64,000 nt of DNA from the human T2T-CHM13v2.0 reference genome, Homo sapiens (GCF_009914755.1 NC_060940.1); one strand, 5' to 3'. Shown: positions 13,400-59,798, counted from the first letter of the stretch. Translations and numbers: made by a program. Notes: a model not told the origin generated them from the sequence alone.

Positions 13400-14281
13400 C
13401 TGTGTATGCACGGGCACACGCACTCATGCACACACACTCATGCACACACATGCACAGTCATGCACGGGCACACACACTCATCACACACTCATGCTCAGGC
13501 ACACACTCATGCACACAAGGACATTCATGCATGGGCACACACACTGATCACACACTCATGCACGGGCACACAGCCATGCGCACACAGACATATGCACACT
13601 AATGCATGGGCACACACACTCGTCACACACTCCTCACACATTCATGCACATGCACACACTCATGCACGGGCACACACACCCATGCACACACATATGCACA
13701 CTCATGCATGGGCACACACACTCATCACACACATGCGCAGGCACACACATGCACACACGGACACTTATGCACAAGCACACACACTGATCACACACTCATG
13801 CAAGGGCACACACCCATGCGCACACACATGCACACTCATGCATGGGCACGCACACTCATCACACACTCCTCACACACTCATGCACAAGCACACACATGCA
13901 CGGGCACACACTGATCACACGCACTGGCACACACTGATCACACGTATGCACGGGCACACACCCATGCACACACACATATGCACACTCATGCATGGGCACA
14001 CACTCATCACTCCTCACACACATGCACACACTGATCACACTCATGCAGGGCACACACACCCATGCACACACACATGTACACTCATGCATGGGCACACACA
14101 CTCATCACTTCATAACTCATGCACACACACACTCATGCACGGGCACCCACTGATCACACACTCATGCATGGGCACACACCCCCATGCACACACACATGCA
14201 CACTCATGCATGGGCGCACACACTCATCACACACTCATGCACATACACACACTCATGCACACGCACACACACCCACATGCC
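13400..14281 (+). repeat. About 880-bp complex CA-rich tandem repeat (catgca(c/t)gggcacacacactcatcacacact-like units)
   Basis: Seen directly; it is the source of the spurious 420-aa His/Thr ORF. Confidence 0.95.
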
Positions 14282-16654
14282 TGTGTAACTCGCAGGAGTT
14301 CATCCTCACCCTGCCGCCCGACCCCCTGGGCCAAATCCTTGCTTCCAAAGGCTCAGCAGCTCAGTGTCGTGCCCCAGCAGCCCACAGGAGAGCAGCTGCG
14401 GACGGGAGGGGAGCTAGGGCAGTGGAAGTTGAGCTGGGGGGGTCTTCCCCTCTGCCTCTCCCAGCGAGGGCCCATTTAAGGGGAAGGCCTCCAGGTGGGC
14501 AAGACTAGGCTGGAACCTGGAGATTGCCTCCGGGGCTCCCTCGTTCCTCCCTCCTTGGCTCCCTTCCCACCCCACCACCCCCCAACCTGATGCCTGCCCT
14601 TCTCCTGATGTCTTTCAGGAAGCCCCTTCCAGGGCCCCGCTAAATGCTGGGGGAGCCACAGAGGAGCCTGATGGGTCTGCGTCACAGGGCAGGGAAGAGA
14701 GTGCTGGAACGCAGGCTGCCCTGGCCCCGAGTCCAGGCCCTACCATCTAGCAGCTGAGGGATGCGGGGCCAGTCCCTCCCCTCTCTGACCATCTCTAAAC
14801 CAGGGCTGCTGGTGCCTTTCCCTGGTTCATAAGCCCGTGGTTCCCAAGCCTGCAGTATGTCCATCAACGGGATGCTTGTTAAAGCCAAGCTCCCAAGCCC
14901 ACCCCATCAGACCCTCTTTGGGCCGGGACTGTGAATCTGCATTTCAGCTCACTCCCAGAGGAAGGTCTGACCCACCGGCAGGCTTGGGAGCCTCTGATGT
15001 GAGCGCCTGTGGCAATGGGGGGCGTGTTGTGTTGAGGGTGGGTTGTGGGCCAGCAGGAACATGCGTTAATTTTGGCAAGGAATGGACGGGTAGGTGAGGC
15101 TTCATGGGGAGGACTTGTCTTAGCTCGTCTCAAAGATGAGCGGAATGTCACGGGGCTAAGTGCTATCCAAGGCAAAGGGACACCAAGGGGCAAAGGTCTG
15201 TGGGTGGGATGCCTGTGCTCGGGGGCGGGCAGTGGTCACTGTGTGTAAAGGGAAGAAGGAAGCAGTGGATGGCCAGGTTCGTGGGTCTTCCCGGCAGGAG
15301 ACAGCAGAGAGGCGCCTGCCCGGGAAGGGTTAATCCCAGAGCCGTCCAGGTCCTGTCCACTCAACTTCCACCTCCATCCTCTGAGGAAATGGGTTTTCCA
15401 GGAGCTTGGCCTGGGCAGCGGTGACTCGTGGCTCCACACGGAAGTGACTCAGGTCCCCCGGGAGAAAGCGAGCCGTGGGTCCCCACTGCCCACCGTGCAG
15501 AGGGGCAGGGCTGAGCCAGGTCTGGAGCTGGAGCCCTGGGGGTGGGGCGGGGGATGGGCTGGTGGTGGGGTGGGGGTCTCAGCTCAGACAAACCCTGGCC
15601 ACCTTCCACTCTGCTGGATCCTTGGGGAACCCCATGATGTGGCCCCCATTGTGTCAGACTGGACTGGCCTGTTCTGTCCTGTGTGTGTTTACGGAAGGTC
15701 TGAGGTCAAGGGCGGCTGCTCTGGAAGCTGGGGGTTGTGGGGGCTTCCTTGGGCCTCAGCCCCAGCACCCTCTATCCCAGGCTGGATTCTCTGCTACTCT
15801 CCATTCTCCTCTCCTTCCCTTTGTGGGGATTCTAAAGCCGGGGAGTTGGGAAGGATGTGCATCTCTGGGGCCTTTATCAATGCCAGCTCTACAAGGAGGG
15901 GGAGACTTGGCACCACGCTCGTGTGATCTCAGAACACACAGCCTTCCCCAGCCTCAGTGTCCGCATCTGTAAAATGGTAGCAGTGAGACCTGTATCACAG
16001 GGTGGTTCTGAGGGTTTGGTGTGATAACGTGGATGTCACCACTAACATTATCATTGCGGGGGTGTTGCTAGAATGCCCCCTGCTCAGCCACTCCCTCTGG
16101 CTCTGTGTGAGCAGAGGCAGGGCCCTTGCCTGTGGGGCCGTGGTTGGTACTGAGCGCCTGATGGCTGAGGCCCTGTAGCGCTGGGGATCTGCGGCTCCAG
16201 AGGCAGAGACAGGTCAGGTCCCAGGGGTCTGTGCGGAGACTCATGCTACATCCCTGGCGCCTGGGTGGGTGGGTGGGCAGGTGGCAGGTGTGTGTGCGTG
16301 GGGCAGACCTGGAGGGGTGGCATAGGCAGGGATGAAGGAGGGGCGCTAAGTGGACAAGCGTGACAGTGTCCCCCTGCCCAATCTGTGTGGCAACTTTCTT
16401 GTCCCCAGCCCAGCTCTCCTGTCCCAACGGGCTTCTGGAGGAGGGAAGTTTTCTGGGTGGGGTTTAACCTTCCATTGCACTCTCCCGGAAAGGAAGCTTC
16501 ATGCTCTAAGAATTTCCCCTCAAGGTGCTCTGGTGGGTGAGCTGGTTGCTGGGGGCCGTACGGGAAGAGGGGGAAACAGGGAGGAGGGGCCTGTGACAGG
16601 CCCAGGGGGCTGAGTTAGGGGCAGGCATGAGCTGTTTAGAAAGTACAGAGATAC

Positions 16655-16862
16655 TTAGCTGAGACTGATGGCACCTGCCTCTAAGCCGTTTACAGGTATC
16701 AATTCATTTAATTCTCACAATGACCTTTGAGTGAGGTTGACTTCTTTATTCTTCTTTACTAGTGAGGAAAGCGAGGCCCAGAGAAGGTGAGTAACTAGCC
16801 CAAGGACACACAGCTAGTGAGGGAGTCAGGATTTGAACCCAGGCAGTCTGGCTCTAGAGTCT
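16655..16862 (-). mobile_element. MIR
   Basis: tcatttaattctcacaat...gaggcccagagaaggtgagtaactagcccaaggacacacagctagt...ggatttgaacccaggcagtctgg. Confidence 0.75.
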
Positions 16863-18984
16863 ACCCCATGGGTTAAAGGAAGCCAGCCAGCCCCTCCCCT
16901 CAAGCCTCAAGCATGTTAATGGAGCCAGGGCTGTCCACCTTGGAGTAGTTGTTCAAACAGCTGAGGTGGAGTGGGGATGACTCAGGAAGTGGCAGGGACA
17001 GTTGGTCCCTTGTGTGTGTCTGGATTTCTTCCGTGGAACCCCATGTTGTCGCTTCACTTGTTTCCTTCCAATGATGGGGAGCTCTCTACCTGTACTCCCC
17101 TCCTTTACTCTCAAGGGCCAATCCAGGAGGGCTGAAGTGACACGGTGGTTCTGCTTTGTCCTTCAGCCATGCCTACTGACAGTGAAGGCTCACTTTGAAG
17201 GTCAGTAAGCCAGGGAGATGCATGGATTCTGGCCAGTTCCTTCCTTGCTTGCTATGTGACCTCAGGAGGTCACTGGCCCTCTTTGGGCCTTGGATCCAAA
17301 TTCTCCAAATGATTTGTCAGCTTCGAGTTTACAGGTAGGGAGTGGTGGTAGCAGTGAGGGGCTGCTTGGAGGAAGTGGCATTTGAACTGACAATCAGAGG
17401 GGGACAGCAACAGAGACTGACAGGAAACAGAAGGAAAGAGGGGGTCCGGAAGGGACATGTCCCTGTCCCCGGATGTTGGGTTTCCTTCCAGTGGTCAGAG
17501 GTGGCAGGAGGCAGTTTCAAAAGGAATCAAAATGCTTACAAATCACAACCTGGGAAATGGTGCCCTTCCCTAAAACACTTTCACATCCTTCTTCTCAAAG
17601 GGCTCTGTGATGCCACCAGGGCAAGATGATGTGCCTATTTGACCTACGACTGAACTGACAAGGCCTGAGAAATTGGGGTTCCATTCCACATGGTGGGACG
17701 CAGGGAACTGGCTCTCAGTCGAAGGGGCCAGGTTTATTTGAGGGAGGACTGGCCCAGGAAGGAGACATTGAGCTCCTGCCTGGGACACCCCTTCTTTTAA
17801 TGCTGCTCTCAATGATTTGGTTCAAAAGCCACCTCTTCCTGAAAGTCCTCCTTGGTTTCTCTTAAACTCAGACTCCACGTGTGTTCTCCGGCTTGTGGCC
17901 GATGACTGCCTCTGTCACTGTGGCCAGCTGCCGCGCCACGCAGGATGAGGTTCTGTCTGTGTCTGTGAGCACCCAGCTCTGCCACAGGGCCGGCTGGCCA
18001 TAGGGAGGGCCAAGCCTTCTGGCAAGTCTACAAGTGCCAGGGCCACAGGTTCCCTGCCAGGCACTATAGTCCTGACCAGGCAGGGAAAGCCCCTGGCCTC
18101 GGGAGCATTTTTGGGCAAGTCATTTAACTCCATGGGCCTCAGGTTCTCCATCTGTGCAATGGGTCAACAGCAGTGCCCACTTCAGAGGGTTGGAGTGGGA
18201 ATCAATGCAGATGCAGGGGTGGGACGGGTCAACACAGAGGCTGGCAGATAGTAGCCGCTCAGCTAATAGAGAGCTTAGGGGGTCAGATTTGCTCCATCCT
18301 TGCCAGGGCGGGGCAATACCGAGTCCTTGTCCCCAGCAGAAACCGTGGTCCCTTTGCTGTTCCAGATGCTCTGGACCCTGGGTACTGGCTCCCCCTGGCG
18401 GTCATGATAGGAAGCGCCCTTCCCCTCTGGCTCCTGTAGAGGGCGTCGCGGATGCATTGATCCTTTAGTTCCTTCACTGTCCATCCCCACAGCCTTTATC
18501 CAGCAACCTCTGTACAGCCAGGGCCTGCCCACAGAGATGGATCAGGTGCTCCCTGGCTGACCAAGGAGGAGGGAATGCACGTCTCCCACTACCTGGAGGA
18601 GGCTACTGGGGGTGGGGAGGGGCTTTGGCCAGTGGTGTGAACCAAAGGAGGCTGGGACTGACTCTGGAGGGAGTTGAGGAGGGCTTCCTGGAGGAGGTGT
18701 CCTCTGAGCTAGGTCTCAGGAATGATGATAGGGAGGTAGCTGGGGAGAACTCTGGGAGCCCCCTTTTTTCTGTGTTCCCTCCGGGCCTGGAGGGGCAAGG
18801 TGGTGACGGTTCCAGGTAGAACCCTCATGCCAGATTCTAGATAAGATAATCCCGTCACTCTGGGTTCAGGAGGGAGGTACTACGATTAGCCCGATTTTGA
18901 GTGACTTACACAAGGTCCTGCAGCGGGCAAAAGGTGGAACTGAGACTGGAACTCAGCTGGACTCTGGACAGCCACTCCCCCGCC

Positions 18985-19277
18985 TTTTTTTTTTTAAAGC
19001 AGGGTCTCACTCTGTCACCCAGGCTGGAGTGCAGTGGCGCAGTTATAGCTCACTGCAGCCTCGACCTCCTGGGCTCAAGTGATCCTTCCACCTCAGCCTC
19101 CCTAGTAGCTGGGACCACAGGCATACACCGCCATGCCTGGCTAATTTTGTTTATTTATTGTAGAGATAGGGTCTCACTGTGTTGCCCAGGCTGGTCTGAA
19201 TTCCTGTGCTCAAGCGATCCTCCTTTCTCAGCCTCCCAAAGCGCTGGGATTACAGACATAAGTCACCACGCCTGGCC
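18985..19277 (-). mobile_element. AluJ
   Basis: Antisense Alu with J-type features (cactgcagcctcgacctcctgggctcaag). Confidence 0.9.
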
Positions 19278-19487
19278 TCACTGCCTCTTGGGGAGCGGCC
19301 TCTGGCCGCTCTGGGGAGGTCCATGGGCTTTTTCCACACTTGCTTCCCCACCTCACCTCCCACATCCATGCCACACTGGCCTCCTCTTCTGCAGGGCCAG
19401 CCCAACCACCACACAGTCCACACTCCCAGCTAACACTCCTGGTCTCTTCCAGGTGGTGACTTCCAAGAGTGACTCCGTCGGAGGAAA

Positions 19488-32782
<13,295 letters not shown>

Positions 32783-34114
32783 GCCTCCAGCCCACCTGCC
32801 CATGTGATGAAGCAGAGATGCGGCCTCGTCGCACACTGCCTGTGGCCCCCGAGCCAGGCCCAGCCCCAGGCCAGTCAGCCGCAGACTTTGGAAAGCCCAA
32901 CGACCATGGAGAGATGGGCCGTTGCCATGGTGGACGGACTCCCGGGCTGGGCTTTTGAATTGGCCTTGGGGACTACTCGGCTCTCACTCAGCTCCCACGG
33001 GACTCAGAAGTGCGCCGCCATGCTGCCTAGGGTACTGTCCCCACATCTGTCCCAACCCAGCTGGAGGCCTGGTCTCTCCTTACAACCCCTGGGCCCAGCC
33101 CTCATTGCTGGGGGCCAGGCCTTGGATCTTGAGGGTCTGGCACATCCTTAATCCTGTGCCCCTGCCTGGGACAGAAATGTGGCTCCAGTTGCTCTGTCTC
33201 TCGTGGTCACCCTGAGGGCACTCTGCATCCTCTGTCATTTTAACCTCAGGTGGCACCCAGGGCGAATGGGGCCCAGGGCAGACCTTCAGGGCCAGAGCCC
33301 TGGCGGAGGAGAGGCCCTTTGCCAGGAGCACAGCAGCAGCTCGCCTACCTCTGAGCCCAGGCCCCCTCCCTCCCTCAGCCCCCCAGTCCTCCCTCCATCT
33401 TCCCTGGGGTTCTCCTCCTCTCCCAGGGCCTCCTTGCTCCTTCGTTCACAGCTGGGGGTCCCCGATTCCAATGCTGTTTTTTGGGGAGTGGTTTCCAGGA
33501 GCTGCCTGGTGTCTGCTGTAAATGTTTGTCTACTGCACAAGCCTCGGCCTGCCCCTGAGCCAGGCTCGGTACCGATGCGTGGGCTGGGCTAGGTCCCTCT
33601 GTCCATCTGGGCCTTTGTATGAGCTGCATTGCCCTTGCTCACCCTGACCAAGCACACGCCTCAGAGGGGCCCTCAGCCTCTCCTGAAGCCCTCTTGTGGC
33701 AAGAACTGTGGACCATGCCAGTCCCGTCTGGTTTCCATCCCACCACTCCAAGGACTGAGACTGACCTCCTCTGGTGACACTGGCCTAGAGCCTGACACTC
33801 TCCTAAGAGGTTCTCTCCAAGCCCCCAAATAGCTCCAGGCGCCCTCGGCCGCCCATCATGGTTAATTCTGTCCAACAAACACACACGGGTAGATTGCTGG
33901 CCTGTTGTAGGTGGTAGGGACACAGATGACCGACCTGGTCACTCCTCCTGCCAACATTCAGTCTGGTATGTGAGGCGTGCGTGAAGCAAGAACTCCTGGA
34001 GCTACAGGGACAGGGAGCCATCATTCCTGCCTGGGAATCCTGGAAGACTTCCTGCAGGAGTCAGCGTTCAATCTTGACCTTGAAGATGGGAAGGATGTTC
34101 TTTTTACGTACCAA

Positions 34115-34280
34115 TTCTTTTGTCTTTTGATATTAAAAAGAAGTACATGTTCATTGTAGAGAATTTGGAAACTGTAGAAGAGAATCAAGAAGAAAAATAA
34201 AAATCAGCTGTTGTAATCGCCTAGCAAACTGGCGTAAGCATTTTGGGTCATTTCCTTCTGAGCTTTTTCCTGTGCTTCTA
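34115..34280 (-). mobile_element. Old L1 (L1ME-like) 3' fragment, antisense, overlapping the ADGRG1 poly(A) site
   Basis: tacatgttcattgtagagaatttggaaa...aagaagaaaaataaaaatca...cattttgg...tttccttct resembles the antisense L1ME 3' UTR. Confidence 0.55.
34196..34201 (+). terminator. ADGRG1: ADGRG1 polyadenylation signal AATAAA (ATTAAA variant at 34132-34137)
   Basis: AATAAA about 1.4 kb after the stop codon, in an AT-rich patch with T-rich downstream sequence. Confidence 0.75.
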
Positions 34281-37200
34281 TTGAAAGAGTCACTGATACT
34301 GATACAAATACCTTGGGGCCAATCAGGAAACATGAAAGAGAGAAGAGGGCTGTGTGTGAAGAAAAAAAAAAAATCGACTGCTGGAAACCTCATCAACCAG
34401 GGCACAGGGGAAGATAAATGGCAACTTGGTGTCTGTGCTGGGGAGGCAATGGGGAGTGGTGGGGCCTGTGGCGAACTGGAGACTCCCAACCCCATGCTGA
34501 GAGCGTGGCTGCTCATCAGCTCCAGCTGGTCACTACCTTGCAGGGATGAGGGCCCATGTAGCCAGACCACCTGCCTTTTATGAGAAATGGGAAATCCAGA
34601 CTGTGGTTTGACATCCCCTGATTTTAAAATTTTGGCGAATCCAAAACATTTTCTGGCCAAAGAGATTACAGTCAAAAGCTGCCTGGTCCTGGGATTTATG
34701 CAACCAGTTTACTGATCACTCTGCAGCAGGTGGGCTGCAAGAATTAAATCACTGGACTTCTCTCCCATCCCTGCCTTTAACCTTGTTCCACCAAATCAAT
34801 CTCTCCTCCCCCTCCTAAGGCCCAGGTGAGGCAGATCACGCAGGTTCCCATCTTCCCTGTGATGAGGGCAGTCACAACGGATCATTGCTACTGTGTTCAG
34901 GTAAGAGGTCCCAGTGCAGCCAAAGTCCTCCCCAAGGCCCACAGTCCACTCTCTCCCTTCTGCAGGCTCCTCCCTCCTCCCCTGGCCACTCTAGGGGGAT
35001 GCCCAGCAGGGGAAGAGGCTCAGAGTCTTGGATTGGACAAGGTGGGTGTGAGGCAGCTGGGTCTAGACTGGCAGTGCCCTCTGAGGGGCGTGAATGTGGG
35101 ATCTTGGGACCTGCAGGGACCAAGAACCCCTGTGCCCTGCTGCTCTCCCAGCCCTCCCTCCACCCCCTCCACTCCCTCCACTGACCTCTGTCCCCACCTT
35201 TCTGCAGGTGGGGGGCTCCTCTTATGCCCCCAGCTCCAAAGGACAGAGGCCAAACCTTCCCAAGCCTCCCCTACCCCAGTGTCCGGATTGGGCAGCCCCG
35301 GGGGATCAGAGCCAGCTTCCCTCCTTACAGGCTTCTAGGTCTCCGTGAGGGGGGTCTCTCAGAGCCCCATGGCTGGGCTAGGTCCTGGGATGGGGGTTGA
35401 GGCAACTCCCCCCATCTTCCAGAATGGGGGGGAAATGACCCAGCCCCGTTCCTCCGCAATTCTCCTGCTTCTCAAACATTTTGTTTCTGCATCTGAGGCT
35501 GGCTCAGGTAGTGGGGAGGGGTCTTGGGTTGGGTCTCACCTTCTCAGGTAGGCCCTGCACAGGGCACCAACAGTTCCATGCTGATCCTTTTACCCCGATG
35601 GTTATTATCATGCACTTTCCCAGGCTGTGGGGCTTTGGACAGTGGGATCGCCCTTTCTGCCAGCATGTGGCCAGGCGTGCATCTGGAAACATCCCTTTAG
35701 CTTGGGAAATGGATTGGAGCAGCTGAGGGCTGAATGCTGGCTGGGTCTCGCTGGAGAACTTGAGGCCCTGCCCACTGGAGCCATTGGGAGAAGCTGGGGC
35801 AGGAGGCGGCAGGAAGGGACACTACTGTTTTGTTGGCCCTGGGGTTGGGGGGGGTCTCAGGGTTCTGTGAGTGGCTCCAGGCTAGTCCCTGGTCCCCAGG
35901 GGGCGTTTCAGGGAAGGGGCCTTAGGAAAAGGTGGCCCTCCTTCCAGCCCTGCCTGACCTTCCCCTGCACCTGCCCTCTGCCCACTTCCCAGGTGGGCTG
36001 GCTGCTCGGAATCTCAGTCTGCTCACCCCCAGGCGCTTCTTCACACACTGGTACCTGCGAGCCTCTCTGAGGGCCCAGGTGCCAGGATGGGGCTTCAGCG
36101 ATGGGCCCAGCACATCCAAGTCCACTGCCCCACCTCACCCTCACCTGCAGCTGGGAGGGAGGTCTGCAGATCTTCCAGGAGAAGGCTGGCCAGGTGTGGA
36201 GCAGTGGCAGGCCCAGCCATTCATCTGCCTTCGCAGCCCTCCCTGCAGAGGAAGTTTCTGGGGCTCAGGAAGCCCTGGGCTCTGACCTGCTGCTCCATGC
36301 TGAATTCCCACCTGCTCCCACACCATGAGTGACCCTGACATCCCCTCCCTACCCCTTCCCAGACCCAGAGGGCTCAGCAGGAGACACTGAGTGGGAGGAG
36401 GAGGAAATGGAGGCCAGCAGGGGCTGAGCGGCTCCCCAGTTCAATCCCAAGGCTGAGTAGGGCTAGTGCCAGCCCCGTGGGCCAGAGGGGGATGCCAGCA
36501 ACCACACACCTTGGTGGGATGCCCTTCACCTTCCAATCGCCAAGTGGCCATGGCCTCATGCACAGTGCATCCGTGGGGCCTCCAGAGTTGGCCCGAGTGG
36601 CTGGCGCCCTAATTCCTTTAGGCTGAAGCCCAGGAGTGTTTGCCACCCCCACCTCCCACCTGATCAGTGACCATTTGGGGTGTAAAGACAACAATTTCAC
36701 AGCTCTGATGATCAGAAATGATGTAATGGCCACAGGCGGCTCCGCCTGCGTCATCCATGATTTCATCACACACCTCGGGAGGCTCAGGGTGACAGACAGT
36801 GCATGCAAGGTCACCCGGCCAGGAAGTGGCCAGGATGGATGTTAGCTCAGGCCTGACCAGCCCCCGGGGCCGCACTGCTGTCTTCCCGCTACCCTGCCTC
36901 TGGGTCCGTCCTGTTATCCAGGCTGGTGGGGGAAGCTCAGGCTGCAGGGCCAGCTCCTGCTCTCCTCCCACACCCTCCAGCCTGGTTCAAGCCATAGGCA
37001 CCATCTGGGTCTTCGTCCTCATGCCCAGAGCCAGGCTCTGTGCCCAGCTTGTTGCAGGTCTCATCAAACCCTGACACAGCCTTAGGAGGCAGCCCCATTG
37101 CCATCTTCACTTTACAGAGGAGGAAACTGAGGCTCAGAGAGGCTCCCAGCTTGTGAGAGGAGGGGTCTGAGTAGGTGCGCCTGACTCCAAAGCCTGTGCT

Positions 37201-37382
37201 CACCACAGTTCCCAGGGATCCGCTCTGAGCCAGGCCCCTGTGGCCACCCAGCCCCTAGCCCCGTAGATCCCACCCCAGTGGGGCCCCGGGGGCACATACC
37301 TGGGTGGGCTCAGCAGCTCCCTCTGCAGGTGGACCCAGGGTGCGGTGAGACTGGGAGCACTGCCCAGTTCCCCACACTCACC

Positions 37383-37420
37383 TTTCACAACCCAACCAAT
37401 GGCGCCATCGAGCAGGAAGG
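37383..37420 (+). promoter_or_regulatory. ADGRG3: Candidate ADGRG3 proximal promoter: C/EBP-like TTTCACAA (37383), CCAAT box (37396), ETS core AGGAA
   Basis: Motifs clustered 130-165 bp upstream of the ATG. Confidence 0.45.
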
Positions 37421-37547
37421 GTGAGAAAGAGGACACAGGAAGCCAGAGTGGTGGGGCTGCAGGGTGGGGGCAGGCCAGCTCAGCAGAGCCTGGGGCCAGA
37501 GGGCCAGACAGCCACAGAGCTCCTGGCGTGGGCAAGGCTGGCCAAGG

Positions 37548-57667
<20,120 letters not shown>

Positions 57668-58474
57668 GAAGGCACGGCCCTGCAATATGGACTCAGCTCT
57701 GGCTCTCTGTGTGACCTTGGGCAGCTCCGTGCCTCTCTCTGTACTCCCTCAGTTTCCTTCTCTGTACAATGTGGCTGGGGAGGGAGAGGATGGGACCAGG
57801 TTGGACCACGTGGCATCAGAGGTCCCATCCAGATCCAACTATAGGTCCAAGAGTCCACGTAAGCAGGTTTGCAAGGCTCTAAAGTTCCTATAGTCCTGAG
57901 ACCCCCTGCCAGCAAAGAGTGACAGTCACCTCCATGCCCTGCCCTCATTGCAAAGCCCTCACTCACCTTCTGGTCTCAGCAAGGGAGGAGAGTCTGTTGC
58001 TGGCATAGCCCTGGAAGGAGCCCCCAGCCTCTCCCCTCCTCCTCCTTGTCACTGGCCTCCCACAACTCCCCTTCTGGCTGCCTGTAACCTTGAGGGGCAT
58101 TCAGGAGGCCAGCGTTCCCTCAGGCACTGGGGGTTTGTTTTGGGGGGTGGGAGTTGATCCTCCCACCCAGTCTGCCCCTGGTCTCTGCCCATCCAATCAG
58201 AGCCCACCCTCCTGGAAGAGACCCCCGTGTTCAGAGTGCTGGCAGCCCTGCACGTGTCCAGGGACACTGCATTTCAAAGAACCACTGAGTGGGTGAGCTA
58301 CCTTGGGCAAACCCCCCACTCCTGACTCTGACTGCCACGTGGGTGGCCCGACCTCTGACCTGCTGTCATCGTAGAGGTAGAAAGCAAACAATCTGGGGCT
58401 CAGCACACCTGGGGGTGCTCCCACTCATTCAGTGTGTGGGGCCCCTGAGCAGAGGCTGGGCATTGCCACTAGGA

Positions 58475-58597
58475 CCTGAGCTCCTAGAGAACAAGGACCT
58501 GGGTGGCCTCGCTTACTGTTCCAGCCCAGGCCAAGCACAGGGTCTGGCTCGTGGCAAACCTTGAATAAATATTTGTTGGCTGAATGAGTGGATGTAT
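58475..58597 (+). mobile_element. L2 3' terminus carrying the ADGRG3 AATAAA
   Basis: gagctcct...aagcacagggtctggc...aataaatatttgttggctgaatga resembles the L2 3' end consensus. Confidence 0.65.
58564..58569 (+). terminator. ADGRG3: ADGRG3 polyadenylation signal AATAAA
   Basis: AATAAA about 900 nt after the stop codon, followed by GT-rich sequence. Confidence 0.8.
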
Positions 58598-59798
58598 GAG
58601 TTTGGCACCAGCCTGGCAGATCCCTGAGCCAAGGGGGGTGTCTCAGGCCAGACCTAGGTTGGGCAGGGTACTTCCAGCAGCTGGGGCTCCATGTCACAAT
58701 CGCATGCAGGTTTCTCAGTAGGAAACAAAAAGAGGCAGAGATAGCAGAGATGGGGTAGAGATACAGAGATGGAGAGAAGGAGAGAGAGACTTAACAGACA
58801 GGCTGACACAAAGAGGGAGAACGGTGGCGGAGAGACAGATGCAGAGAGATGGCAGCCCCACGCCGGCTCCAGCGACCCCCCTCCTCGGGGGGAGCAGTGA
58901 GTGTTGACATCATTCCCCTCCCTGGAGCCTCACCGCACAAGTCCATCCCTCACTCTACTCACAACTTACCAACCATTCTCCCTACCCGGCCCCCGACCCT
59001 CTCCAGGGAGCTCTGTGGACTGTCAAGCCCTGTCTGCAGGTGAGAAGTTACTGTCACTGTTAGGCCTCCCCCAACAGCCCTGGAAGCTGCGGGCTGCAGC
59101 CCACCTCCCCGTCCGGATGCTGGGTGCTGACGTTGACTGCAAATGGATGCGCTTCGCTTCCCCTCCCAGCCCACAAGCAGTTGAAAGACAGGAAGGTGGG
59201 CCCTCACTTTATGCAAGGCGCTGTGTTCCTGGAAGGGAAATTCTGGGGCGTGGACATTGCATCATTTGAGCCACAGGAGCAGTTCTGGTGGACAAACTTG
59301 GTGTGTTTTGGGGCTTATCTTCACAGACATCTGTTTCTCACACTGAAGGTCTCAACTTCCTTATCTCAAAGCCTCAGGGATGGTAACCTGAGAAACAGCT
59401 GTTCCACCATCTGATAGGTCTGGGCTTAAATCCTGGCTCGGCTACTTAGGAGCTGTGTGATCCTGGGCATTTTACTTCACCTCTCTGAGCCTCAGTTTCC
59501 CCATCCATAAAATGGGGATTATAAAGTCCTCACCTCATCCTGACAGCATTAAATGAAGTGACAGAAATAAAGTGCCCAGCACTGACTCCGCAGGAGTTAG
59601 TCAGCTCCCCCACCCTGCCTTGATTTAAAGAAAGACCAGCCAAGGGTAATGGCATGAGGAAATGGAGGTCCAGACAGGCCCAGCCACCTGCCCAACTAAG
59701 GTCACTCCATGGGCTGGGTTGAAGCTAGGGCCAGGCCTCCCCGGGTTGCCCTCATCCCAGAGTGGTCCCTGAGTTTAAGGATTATCACCTGGTCCTTG

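Noticed and set aside
13217-14479. 420-aa His/Thr-rich ORF
   Set aside because: It is a translation of the CA-rich repeat (CAC/ACA codons, few possible stops), has a non-ATG start and shows no gene structure.
34826-35338. Intergenic 170-aa ORF and donor-like CAG|gtaaga at 34900
   Set aside because: No supporting acceptor or exon chain and no homology; insufficient evidence for a gene.
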